Below, one piece after another: positions 55,019-63,470 of a DNA stretch of 64,000 nt. Under the pieces are notes generated by a model. The model made no database searches. It saw nothing but the letters and a program-made list of their open reading frames with translations, and had not been told where the DNA came from. The stretch lies in the NCBI GenBank assembly GCA_963842585.1, contig CAWJHG010000005.1, positions 285,652 through 349,651 of the forward strand, in the 5' to 3' direction. Numbering within the stretch: the stretch's first letter is position 1; the number at the start of each line of letters is the position of its first letter. This DNA is from Candidatus Acidiferrales bacterium. Lineage in GTDB: Bacteria; Acidobacteriota; Terriglobia; Acidiferrales; UBA7541. Position numbers and translations under genes: made by a program.

Positions 55019-55238
55019 ATTGTCCTTTCCGCTAACGACCTTGCGATTTGGCCAGGAGGCAAGATGCAGCAACGGCGACGCCATCTTTCTCGCATCGGGA
55101 CACTATTTGATAATTCAAAAGGAAGCAATGAAACAACCTAATAACTGGCTTTACCTCGGGGAAACTTCGGCACATTGAGTATCGAGAGTTTTGTTGATTT
55201 CCCGTAAGAACGTTTACCACTTCCACTGCAGTTGCTGT

Positions 55239-55775
55239 CTAGGATGTAAAGATATCTAACCACAACTTCAGTGTAGTGTCCGTTCGCGGTACGTCGCCGA
55301 TAATATACGGCCGATATTCTTTCTCATATCGCTCGCGGAGCGCTTGCGGATCCAGATTTTGTGATCGGAACAAGTGCTCTGCATCGTTCACATCAACATC
55401 TCCGTTTCGGTCCAGTTTGGATAGTATGCAGTCATAAGGGTCCGGTACCAATAGCTTCAGGTGTTTGAACTGCCCCTTGGCCATCTCTAGCAAACGCGAT
55501 TCGTATTCTTCCGGCAGATTCGTCACGGTGACCTTGTGGAGGCATATTCCATATTTTTGATGAAGGCGCGAACCGTCTCCTGCTGCCTCAAGCAGGTTGA
55601 AGTGTGCAGGGACCGCGGCGTAGTAATCGACATCTCCCGTTGTACGAGCAAGACCATAAAAATAGACAAGAACGAAGCCCCCAATGCAATGAAGCTCAAG
55701 CGGCTCGTTTAGCGCCGCATCAATCTCTGCCAGGAATTCCTTCCAAGGTGAAGCCAGCGGTGTCTCAATTGACAT
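55239..55775 (-). CDS. nucleotidyltransferase-fold protein (AbiEii/DUF6036-like), putative toxin-type component
   Basis: 178 aa. HCIGGFVLVYFYGLARTTGDVDYY matches the G-x...D-x-D minimal NTase motif. The gene overlaps the upstream XRE gene by 11 nt. Confidence 0.6.
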   Translation of the reverse strand: MSIETPLASPWKEFLAEIDAALNEPLELHCIGGFVLVYFYGLARTTGDVDYYAAVPAHFNLLEAAGDGSRLHQKYGICLHKVTVTNLPEEYESRLLEMAKGQFKHLKLLVPDPYDCILSKLDRNGDVDVNDAEHLFRSQNLDPQALRERYEKEYRPYIIGDVPRTDTTLKLWLDIFTS

Positions 55776-56448
55776 ACTGATGGTGCTCTGGTCGCATGCG
55801 CGTCAGGAGATTCCAGTGCGCCGCGTCGGGGGTCCGGTTTGCTCTTAGCCATTCCCTCTCGGAATCGGTGCGAGGAGGCCGCGGGAGAAAATCTTCCTTT
55901 ACCAGGCGACTTTCTTCCAGCTTCTGTTCCAGTCGACTCAATTCAGAGAGTCGCAGGTGATTCCTGTTCTCAGCTACTCGCCTGGCCAAGGTAACAAGAA
56001 ATCCCAGCTTATTTTGGAGATTGAATCTCCGGGCATTCTCCACAAGCCACAAATCGGGCTTAGCGAACTTAAGAACAACCCACGGTAAAGCCGCCGCCAC
56101 ACGCGCGTCGAGACATTCCTGAGACAAGGCGGTGAGCAGGAATTCCGAAGGATTCTGCTTGTGGGTCTTCGTGGCCAGATACCTAAAGCCTGGATACTCC
56201 AAACGCGCAAGCATCTCAGTCAGCCGGTGGTCACTGACAGGCTCGGGAGTGAAGGCTTCAGGGGTGGGTAGTAGCTCCGGTGACAAGTCGTACACCGCAG
56301 TGGCCCGACGAACCAAGTCAGGCGTAAGGCGACGCTTTCCCCGCTCTAAGCAATTCAGGTGAGCCTGAGATATACCCAACCTGGCTGCAGCTTGGGTTTG
56401 ATTCCAGCCTTTGGCGAGTCGTGCAGATTTGAATCCGTGCGGTGTCAT
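55765..56448 (-). CDS. XRE-family helix-turn-helix regulator with extended C-terminal domain
   Basis: FKSARLAKGWNQTQAAARLGISQAHLNCLERGKRRL is a Cro/C1-type HTH. The remaining roughly 160-aa C-terminal domain is of unknown type. Confidence 0.75.
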   Translation of the reverse strand: MTPHGFKSARLAKGWNQTQAAARLGISQAHLNCLERGKRRLTPDLVRRATAVYDLSPELLPTPEAFTPEPVSDHRLTEMLARLEYPGFRYLATKTHKQNPSEFLLTALSQECLDARVAAALPWVVLKFAKPDLWLVENARRFNLQNKLGFLVTLARRVAENRNHLRLSELSRLEQKLEESRLVKEDFLPRPPRTDSEREWLRANRTPDAAHWNLLTRMRPEHHQYVN

Positions 56449-56457
56449 AACACCCAG

Positions 56458-56486
56458 TTTATAGCATATGTGCTATAAAATATCAA
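56458..56486 (-). promoter_or_regulatory. candidate promoter with overlapping palindromic operator for the XRE gene
   Basis: The minus strand reads TTGATA, a 17-nt spacer, then TATAAA, ending 9 nt before the ATG. The 22-nt palindrome TTTATAGCA-TATG-TGCTATAAA (56458-56479) overlaps the -10 and the spacer. Confidence 0.45.
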
Positions 56487-56634
56487 TTAGGAATTAAGCG
56501 ATATGCCGAGAGAGGCTGCTCTGTGCCCTGCCAGGCCTCGGAACCGAACTCGGAGAGGCAGCGGAATCAGCAATTGAAATTGGTAGCCGGCTGCAACGCC
56601 ATCGAATCGCGGGACTTAGAATTAGGGGGTCGTG

Positions 56635-56657
56635 TTCGATCCCCACCGCCCCTACCA
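56635..56657 (+). repeat. att core copy 3
   Basis: TTCGATCCCCACCGCCCCTACCA, exact. It is preceded by a diverged tRNA-Lys 3'-half-like sequence. Confidence 0.9.
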
Positions 56658-57096
56658 AATTCCTGATGATTCTACTGACCTTCGTTCACCGACTCTCGAA
56701 AAACGACCCACTAGAACCCCCTTTTTGGACCGAAATTGGACCGAACGCTTGCCAGTGACCTTTGTCTGGCTGGCAGCTGCGTAAGCCGAGCTATAAACAG
56801 AGCGTGAAGTCAGACTCAGTACATTTCGGAAGGAGATCCTTTAAGGCGAGATTTGGCACGGGAATGACGTCCGCAGTATTTTCGGTGTCCAGTGCCAGTC
56901 GAATGGAGATCGTTGTTCTGCGCCTCGCGTCTCTGGAGACACCGCGGATTCAGAAGAGTCTCCCGACCGCCTTTGGCGGCGTATCTGAACGTCCGCTGTT
57001 CTCGAGTGGAGATATTGCCGTCGGTCAAGGGACCGGTCAGACCCACAATGATCAGCGGATCAAAGCAGGTCGAACCGTCGACGTGCACTGCGCCGC

Positions 57097-59451
57097 TTAC
57101 CGAACTGCCGGAATGGAGGCCAAGGCCCCTCGGGCCTCCGGCAGACCGGTTAGCGATCCCTGCTGTTCTAGGGGTCCTAGGAACACGCCGTCGCTGTCGA
57201 TCTCAATCCAGTACAACTGCGTGCCACTGGCCTGATAGATGGACAGATCGAAAACGCGGGTTGCGCCGTCGATTGTGGCCGAAAGTGGATTTGGCGTCCT
57301 ATTCGATTTTGACATCGTATAGCGCCCAGGATTCGCCGAGTCCGCTAGCGGTGTACCCGTGAACGAGCCGGTCGTCGTGGTCACGCTCAAGCCCAAGGTT
57401 TCTAACGGATCGCTGACCAGACCGTTGGTCAGGCTCAATGCGCCGCCCGATGTCATGGTCCCCTGCGCGAGCATATCGAACTCCATGAAATCTAGGTTCG
57501 TGTTCGAGCTAAAGGCGTTGAAATTCTGCCATCCAACGGCATAGCTGCCGTTGAAGTCGGCAACTGCGGTGGTAGCGTCGGTTTGCGGTGTCACCACGCC
57601 GATGCCGCTGGCGAGGATCGGGTCCGTGTCAAGGAAAAGAGCCCCTCCCAGGCCGCTGCTGGTGTTATTGGGGTCGTTGATGTTGAGATTTGGGTCGACC
57701 ATGTAAATCTGCAGCGTCTGAACGTCGCCCAAGTTTTTGGATCCGATGGTGAAGTTGCCATACCCGTTGATACCGCTGATCTGGAGGGAATACGTGCCAG
57801 AGATCGCGGCATCGAGCGATTGGACGGCGTTATCCAGCTCGTTGTCGTCGGCCGTGCCCGAGAAGTTCGCAGGATCGGTGGTCGAGTTGCTGGTGGTGAA
57901 CAGACCCGCCGCCGCGTATTGCGTACTGAGTAAGTCGCCCGCCACGCCGAATACAGACGCGCCGAGCGAGGCATTGTTGAAGGTGGCCGTACCCTGGCCA
58001 AAGGCAGAGCCGACCATCGAATCGTCAGCGTCGACGTCAATGATCCGGAGGACTTCCGGACCTACCCTGTAAGAGGCAAAGGTGACCGCCGTGGCAGAAA
58101 CAGGATTGGTGAACCCGGTGACAACGGAGCGCCCGAACGTGTCAGGGGTTGATGTGGATATGCTGAAGGCCGTCCCCGTTGACACGGTTCCGGAGTCGTT
58201 GGCATCGACCGTGCCCTTAGCTCCACTGCCACCCATGGTAGTGTAAACACCGCCAAACGCGACCGAGTCATAGTTGGGATCCACACCGGACAGAGTGAAG
58301 GCAAAGCTGGCTCCGCTGCCGCTGTTCCCAGAGGTCTGCAAGTCCAGGCTTCCGCTAGAAGTTGCATTCCCGTCGTACTCGATGATGAGTGCGTGGTTGA
58401 CATTCACAAACTGAATGCCGAAAGTCTCTGTGGTGACTGCCGAGCCCGCATCCATGGTCAGACTGAGTGTTCCCTGGCCGGTGGAGACGTCAACCGTTAG
58501 CGTTCCGCCTCTGATTGGGTCGGGCGTGCCTTTCCCGGCTCCTGATGTACGGCCCAAGGCATCGTTATAGTCTTGTTCGCCGGTGACGACAGTGCCGTTC
58601 GCATCGATGCTCACGGCTCCGGCCACGGCGTAGTAGGCAGTGGTGGCCTCTTCCCCGCTCGCGTAGAAGACGTAGGTTGTCATGGGGGTCCCGACCGCAA
58701 TGTTCGTTAGATTGAAGGTGGCTGGCGTCAGCGTGCCTGACGAAGCGGTCACTGTGAAGCCGCCAGCCGTTGTGTTCGCGACAAGGTCGCTGGCAATGGC
58801 CTGACCGTTCGCACCGGTAGTTTGCATTTGTACGTTGTTGCCGGTACTCGTGAAGCTTCCGGTGGCGCCAGTCGTGCCCGTGTTAGCGGTGAACGTCACC
58901 TGAACACCCTGCACCGGGTTGCCGTCAGTATCGGTGACTGTTGCGGTGAGCGCTGGGTAAGTAGTACTTACCGTCACATCCTCAATGGCCGGCGTCGGAG
59001 TAATGGAGGTCGCCGGCCCGGCGTTGTCGGTCAGAGCGAATGTTGCTGGAGTGGCTGCCCCCGAGGTCGCGGCCGTTACGCTGTAAGAGCCAGCCGTCGT
59101 ACCGGCAGTAAAGGTTGACGACGTGGCTATGCCGTTCGCCCCAGTGGTTTGCTTTTCCCCGGCCGTCCCGTTGCTCATGAACGTACCGTCCGCCGTCGAT
59201 GGGGCCGTGAAAGTCACCGAAGCGCCGCCCAACGGCGAGCCGTTTGAAGTGACCAAAACCGAGAACGTGCCGAACGGGCTCCCTACCGGTTGTGGGGTGA
59301 CGTATCCGCCGGATTGTGCCGCGATCGCTATGGTCGGAGGCGGAGGCGGAGGCGTTGAGGAACCGCCGCAGCCAACAAGGAATACCGTGGTGCTAAAGGC
59401 TAGAATCGAAGCGACTGGGACGGCGATTTTTGAATGAAGTTTCCGATTCAT
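57097..59451 (-). CDS. large lipoprotein with tandem bacterial Ig-like (invasin/Big_1-type) domains
   Basis: Lipobox VFLVGC followed by a PPPPPP linker. Repeated units end ...SYSVTAATSGAATPATFALTDN and ...GGFTVTASSGTLTPATFNLTN. The C-terminal region is long and Thr/Gly/Ser-rich beta-type. Confidence 0.8.
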   Translation of the reverse strand: MNRKLHSKIAVPVASILAFSTTVFLVGCGGSSTPPPPPPTIAIAAQSGGYVTPQPVGSPFGTFSVLVTSNGSPLGGASVTFTAPSTADGTFMSNGTAGEKQTTGANGIATSSTFTAGTTAGSYSVTAATSGAATPATFALTDNAGPATSITPTPAIEDVTVSTTYPALTATVTDTDGNPVQGVQVTFTANTGTTGATGSFTSTGNNVQMQTTGANGQAIASDLVANTTAGGFTVTASSGTLTPATFNLTNIAVGTPMTTYVFYASGEEATTAYYAVAGAVSIDANGTVVTGEQDYNDALGRTSGAGKGTPDPIRGGTLTVDVSTGQGTLSLTMDAGSAVTTETFGIQFVNVNHALIIEYDGNATSSGSLDLQTSGNSGSGASFAFTLSGVDPNYDSVAFGGVYTTMGGSGAKGTVDANDSGTVSTGTAFSISTSTPDTFGRSVVTGFTNPVSATAVTFASYRVGPEVLRIIDVDADDSMVGSAFGQGTATFNNASLGASVFGVAGDLLSTQYAAAGLFTTSNSTTDPANFSGTADDNELDNAVQSLDAAISGTYSLQISGINGYGNFTIGSKNLGDVQTLQIYMVDPNLNINDPNNTSSGLGGALFLDTDPILASGIGVVTPQTDATTAVADFNGSYAVGWQNFNAFSSNTNLDFMEFDMLAQGTMTSGGALSLTNGLVSDPLETLGLSVTTTTGSFTGTPLADSANPGRYTMSKSNRTPNPLSATIDGATRVFDLSIYQASGTQLYWIEIDSDGVFLGPLEQQGSLTGLPEARGALASIPAVR

Positions 59452-59927
59452 AGCGACTCTTGTTTCTGCGCAGCCTGCTCGCTGGCGCGATCACGGGATT
59501 GTGGCGAATAGGGGATACCGTACTTGTTCCGGATCTGGTATACCTGGCCGCGTGCCTTGACCGTGCGGGTGACAAACACCTGTTTTTCCTTGAGATTCTT
59601 CATCACGCCGGTCACTTCAACCGCCTCGCCTTGGGCGACAGACAAAGCTCCCTTGCCTTGCAAACCCCATCTGCCCAAGCTCGCATCGATGGTGCCGGAT
59701 TGGGTTGCGAGTACTAGGTGCGCACCGGGAGTCATTCCGGCGGAGGGATGGTCGAGCACGCTGCTGACTGTGCCGTTAAGTGTGACTTCCTTCGTGATGT
59801 CGTAGTACGGATATGTTTGGTGCCCCGCTTGGGCAGACAGTGGTACTGCCAGGATCGCTGCCAGGCCGGCCAACAGTCCGGCGATCGCTATGCTGTGTGT
59901 GACGCGACTACTTGGACTACGCCTCAT
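59448..59927 (-). CDS. secreted hypothetical protein
   Basis: 159 aa. Signal peptide IAIAGLLAGLAAILAVPLSAQA. 4-nt overlap with the downstream lipoprotein gene. Confidence 0.6.
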   Translation of the reverse strand: MRRSPSSRVTHSIAIAGLLAGLAAILAVPLSAQAGHQTYPYYDITKEVTLNGTVSSVLDHPSAGMTPGAHLVLATQSGTIDASLGRWGLQGKGALSVAQGEAVEVTGVMKNLKEKQVFVTRTVKARGQVYQIRNKYGIPYSPQSRDRASEQAAQKQESL

Positions 59928-60047
59928 GGTTGCGCTCCTTGGGGATGGTTGGGGTCAATCTTGTGGGAACCGGGCCCCCCGTGCACCCACAGAGAAGAAC
60001 GAGAGCTGAAAGAAGTCATAAAGTGCTCGCCCAGTTTTTCATCTGAG

Positions 60048-60938
60048 TCACCGCCTGATAACCGATGTGTTATCTTTGCGAAACGCTCTCGGTAATTCGT
60101 TGATTTCTTTCGGCTGCGCGATTTGTGCGAATTCTTGTCCTCGACGCACACTCGTTGCCTCCGACTCACCGCTGGCATCGACGTCCTTCACCAAAGTGCC
60201 GCTGACAACCGTGTTCGCGTCCGTCTCAACGGCAATTATTTCCTTCCCGCAGTCCACAACCACGAAGCTGAAATTCAGGGGGGACTGGCCCTTCGGTGTT
60301 ATGGTGGCCGTGCCCTGGCAGTTGGCATCGACCGAGTAAGACCCTGTCACTTCTGCGAATGGTAGAAACGTGCCATCCTCGCTACCCGCCACTCGTCCGC
60401 GTATCACTCCTTCTCCAGAAGGGTTGATCGTTAACTTCAACTGACCGATGAATGCCACCGGTCCTGTGACGGGCGCGCCGGCGACGAAGACGCCGGTTGT
60501 TTCAAACCCAAAACTACCAACAACTGCGGCATTGGTGCAGGTCGGGGAGCCCTGCTTCACGGCGAATCCCTCCGAGAGAGCGTGAAGGGCCAGAAACCCT
60601 TTTGACGTAACTACAATGGAGAAGGGGCTCCCTCCCGAGGGTGTACCCGTGCCGGTGCAGTCCGAGGCGATTGTGTACGTTCCGGTGAGAGGCACGGTGA
60701 CAATCAGGCCGTCATGGGATGCTGTGGTCTCTCCAGTAAATGTGCCTGTGGTTGAGTCAAACGTGAGCTGGGTCACGGCGGCGCTGTCAGGGATGCCGTT
60801 GCTATCCGTGGTGCCGTGCTGAAACCCGTAGGTGCCACTCAGGGAGGCATTTGAACAGGTCGCTGCCCAAGCAGCGGAACTGAGCGCAAAGCTGGCAAGA
60901 ACAATCGTTAAAGCGATGTGAAACATTTTGGAAATCAT
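60048..60938 (-). CDS. secreted hypothetical protein with internal two-fold repeat
   Basis: Signal peptide ALTIVLASFALSSAAWA. Two similar modules (C.NA.L.GTYGF...GTYTIASDCTGTG...FSIVVTSKG and CTNAAVVGSFGFE...GSYSVDANCQGTA...FSFVVVDCG). Confidence 0.6.
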   Translation of the reverse strand: MISKMFHIALTIVLASFALSSAAWAATCSNASLSGTYGFQHGTTDSNGIPDSAAVTQLTFDSTTGTFTGETTASHDGLIVTVPLTGTYTIASDCTGTGTPSGGSPFSIVVTSKGFLALHALSEGFAVKQGSPTCTNAAVVGSFGFETTGVFVAGAPVTGPVAFIGQLKLTINPSGEGVIRGRVAGSEDGTFLPFAEVTGSYSVDANCQGTATITPKGQSPLNFSFVVVDCGKEIIAVETDANTVVSGTLVKDVDASGESEATSVRRGQEFAQIAQPKEINELPRAFRKDNTSVIRR

Positions 60939-61004
60939 GGTGCTCTCATCTTCTCTGTTTTTTTGCTTGCATTGGTCTATCTGGCCCGGGGCCCGTCATC
61001 CTAT

Positions 61005-62687
61005 TCACTGATACAACTCCGCGGACGCCAGACCGGCAAAAATACCGCCGCCCGAAACCAATACGCTCCCATTCGGGAGCAGCGTTGCGGCGTGTCCCGA
61101 GCGCCCAATCTCCATCCCACCGGTAATGCTGAAAGCACCAGTTGTCGGATCGTAGATCTCAGCGGTGGAATTTTCATCGCCGCCGCCTGCTACCAGCACC
61201 TTGCCGCTCGGTAACAGCGTCGCCGTGTGGTAAGTTCTGGCTTCGGACATCGATCCGGTAACTGAAAACGATCCAGCGGCTGGGTCGTAAACTTCCACTG
61301 TTGCCGTCGGTTGCAAATCACCTGAGCCCGTGGAGGTTGTGCCGCCAACGATTAGCACCTTGCCGTCGGGGAGAAGCGTTGCTGTATGTTGTTCGCGGGC
61401 CGTCGCCATTGCGCCGGTCATAGTGAAAGTGCCAGTGGCCGGGTCGTAGACTTCCGCCGTGGCAACCGGGGCTGATGTAGAGGTCAGAGCACCACCCACA
61501 ATGAGCACCTTTCCATTTTGCAGAAGCGTTGCGGTGTGCAGGAAGCGCCCCACGGCCATGCTTCCCGTTTGAGTGAAAGCGCCAGTGCTTGGATCATAAA
61601 GTTCTGCGCTTGCCAAGCCCGTTCCAGTTGGATCTTGATCGGCCCCTCCTACAATCAGTACTTTGCCATTTGCCAGCAGAGTCGCCGTATGGTCCCCGCG
61701 GGATGCGGTCATGTTGTCTGTCCCGCTGAATACACCAGTGGCCGAGTCGTAGAGATTTGCCTCGTTGGTTGAGCCGCTAATCCCTCCGTAGTCCCAAACA
61801 GAGTTTACAAAGCCCCCGGCGAGCAAAACCTTTCCGTTTGGCAATAGTGTCGCGGTGTGACCATATATCCCTGCGCCATCCTCTCCGACGATCTCCGCAA
61901 ACGTGCCCGTGCCAGGGTCGTAAACTTCTATCGAGGAGAGGCCCACGTAACCGGTTGCGTTGGTGTATGAGCTACTGTTTGAGCCATACGCCACGAGCAC
62001 CTTGTCATCCGGCAGCAAGGTGGCAGTGTGCAGGCCCCGTGCCTCGTTGAGACTCCCGGTAGGCGTAAATCTACTTGAAGAGGTCGTCACGGTAACGGTT
62101 GCACTCGCGGTGATCGCCGTTTCCTCGATACTGGTGGCGACGACATCATAGAAACCGGCAGCAGTCGGTGCGGTATAGAGTCCGGCGCTGTTTATTACCC
62201 CCCCAGCGCTCTGCTGAATTGTGAAATTTACAGCTGTATTGGTCAGCCCTGAGACAATTGCCGCGAACGTGCGCGTACCGCCAGGAGACAGTGTAACCGT
62301 CACAGGGGCAATCGTTATTTGGGGCATCGGAACAGTCACTACGGCTGCGCCAGAGGCGGCCGGATTGGCCTGGCTCGTTGCTATGATATGAAAGTTGCCA
62401 GCCCCATTCTGTGGAGGCGTGTAGAGGCCCGCACTGTCGATCGTGCCGCCAGAGCTTTCTTCCACGCTCCAAGTGACCACAGTGTTGGTCGTTCCCGTGA
62501 CCTTGGCCACAAAGGCTTGTGTCGCATCCCGTAACACCGTGACGGAATTGGGTGTGACTATGACACTTACGTTAGGCGGAGTCGGCGTGGAAGCAGACGA
62601 GCCCGAAGCAACTGAACCTCCGCCGCAGCCGCAAACTCCGATTACCGCGGCTACAGTCGACAACAAGCTCAGCACCCGCTTTTTCAT
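61005..62687 (-). CDS. lipoprotein with two Ig-like (Big_2-type) domains and a Kelch-type beta-propeller
   Basis: Lipobox IGVCGC. Two units ...VTWSVEES.GGTIDSAGLYTPP and ...VNFTIQQSAGGVINSAGLYTAP. The unit HTATLLPNGKVL(I/L)VGG recurs about 7 times. Confidence 0.8.
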   Translation of the reverse strand: MKKRVLSLLSTVAAVIGVCGCGGGSVASGSSASTPTPPNVSVIVTPNSVTVLRDATQAFVAKVTGTTNTVVTWSVEESSGGTIDSAGLYTPPQNGAGNFHIIATSQANPAASGAAVVTVPMPQITIAPVTVTLSPGGTRTFAAIVSGLTNTAVNFTIQQSAGGVINSAGLYTAPTAAGFYDVVATSIEETAITASATVTVTTSSSRFTPTGSLNEARGLHTATLLPDDKVLVAYGSNSSSYTNATGYVGLSSIEVYDPGTGTFAEIVGEDGAGIYGHTATLLPNGKVLLAGGFVNSVWDYGGISGSTNEANLYDSATGVFSGTDNMTASRGDHTATLLANGKVLIVGGADQDPTGTGLASAELYDPSTGAFTQTGSMAVGRFLHTATLLQNGKVLIVGGALTSTSAPVATAEVYDPATGTFTMTGAMATAREQHTATLLPDGKVLIVGGTTSTGSGDLQPTATVEVYDPAAGSFSVTGSMSEARTYHTATLLPSGKVLVAGGGDENSTAEIYDPTTGAFSITGGMEIGRSGHAATLLPNGSVLVSGGGIFAGLASAELYQ

Positions 62688-62846
62688 AGCTTCCTCTGAG
62701 GCTGGCGATTCCGTGCTGTGCCCCGCCTATTAGTAAAGGCGGAATGGAAGGGCAAACAGGCTCAAAAAAGTTGGGAATCTGAGAAAAACGTTCGCCGGGG
62801 CCTCAGCCGGGGCCTCAGTTGACTGGGCCGTACGGGAAAGGCTATC

Positions 62847-63470
62847 GTGGTCGGCAATCTGGGGGTGCGTGTGCAGCAAGTTCCGCCCCAATCATTACAT
62901 AAACTGCTAGCTGACTGGCGGGCGGGCGACCAGAAAGCCCTGGATGCCTTGGTGCCTCTGGTTTACGGCGAGCTCCATGGTTTGGCGCACCATTACCTGC
63001 GCGGAGAGCGTCCGAGCCACACGCTGCAAACCACTGCGCTGATCAATGAAGCCTTCCTTCGGCTTATGCGACAAGGCCCTTTTCAAACGCAAAACCGCGG
63101 ACAGTTCGTGGCCCTGGCCGCCAACCTGATGCGCCAGATTCTGGTCGACTACGCCAGAAGCCATCGCTCAGCAAAGCGTGGGAACGACTGCAAGGTCACC
63201 CTCCACGACGAACACGGCATCGTGATGAATGAAAGCATGGATGTGGTGGCGCTTGACGTTGCCCTCAAACTGCTCGCCAAGCGTGATGTGCAGCAGAGTC
63301 AGATCGTCGAACTCCGTTTCTTTGCTGGATTAACGGTGGAAGAAACTGCCGCCACTCTCGGTGTTTCCCCGGCAACCGTAAAGCGGGACTGGAGTATGGC
63401 CCGCGCCTGGCTGTCTCGAAAGATGAAACGAGGCGAGGGTGGAATCAAAGCAGGAGTGGGAAAAGATTAA
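62847..63470 (+). CDS. ECF-type RNA polymerase sigma factor (sigma-70 family)
   Basis: LLADWRAGDQKALDALVPLVYGELHGLAHHYLRGERPSHTLQTTALINEAFLRL (region 2). VELRFFAGLTVEETAATLGVSPATVKRDW (region 4 HTH). Confidence 0.85.
   Translation: MVGNLGVRVQQVPPQSLHKLLADWRAGDQKALDALVPLVYGELHGLAHHYLRGERPSHTLQTTALINEAFLRLMRQGPFQTQNRGQFVALAANLMRQILVDYARSHRSAKRGNDCKVTLHDEHGIVMNESMDVVALDVALKLLAKRDVQQSQIVELRFFAGLTVEETAATLGVSPATVKRDWSMARAWLSRKMKRGEGGIKAGVGKD

Larger units (their letters stand above)
55019..56657 (+). mobile_element. integrase-less island remnant between att copies 2 and 3
   Basis: Flanked by exact 23-nt repeats. It contains only the XRE / nucleotidyltransferase-fold gene pair. Similarity to the tRNA at copy 3 extends further 5' (GGTCGTG..TTCGAT with a 2-nt deletion). 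Confidence 0.55.

Noticed and set aside
56581-56657. Possible second intact tRNA ending in ...TTCGATCCCCACCGCCCCTACCA.
   Set aside because: The T-stem 5' arm is broken by a 2-nt deletion (GTCGTG vs GTCGTGGG). There is no acceptor 5' arm and no D or anticodon arm. It is a displaced tRNA 3' fragment (att copy), not a gene. The same holds for 54996-55018.
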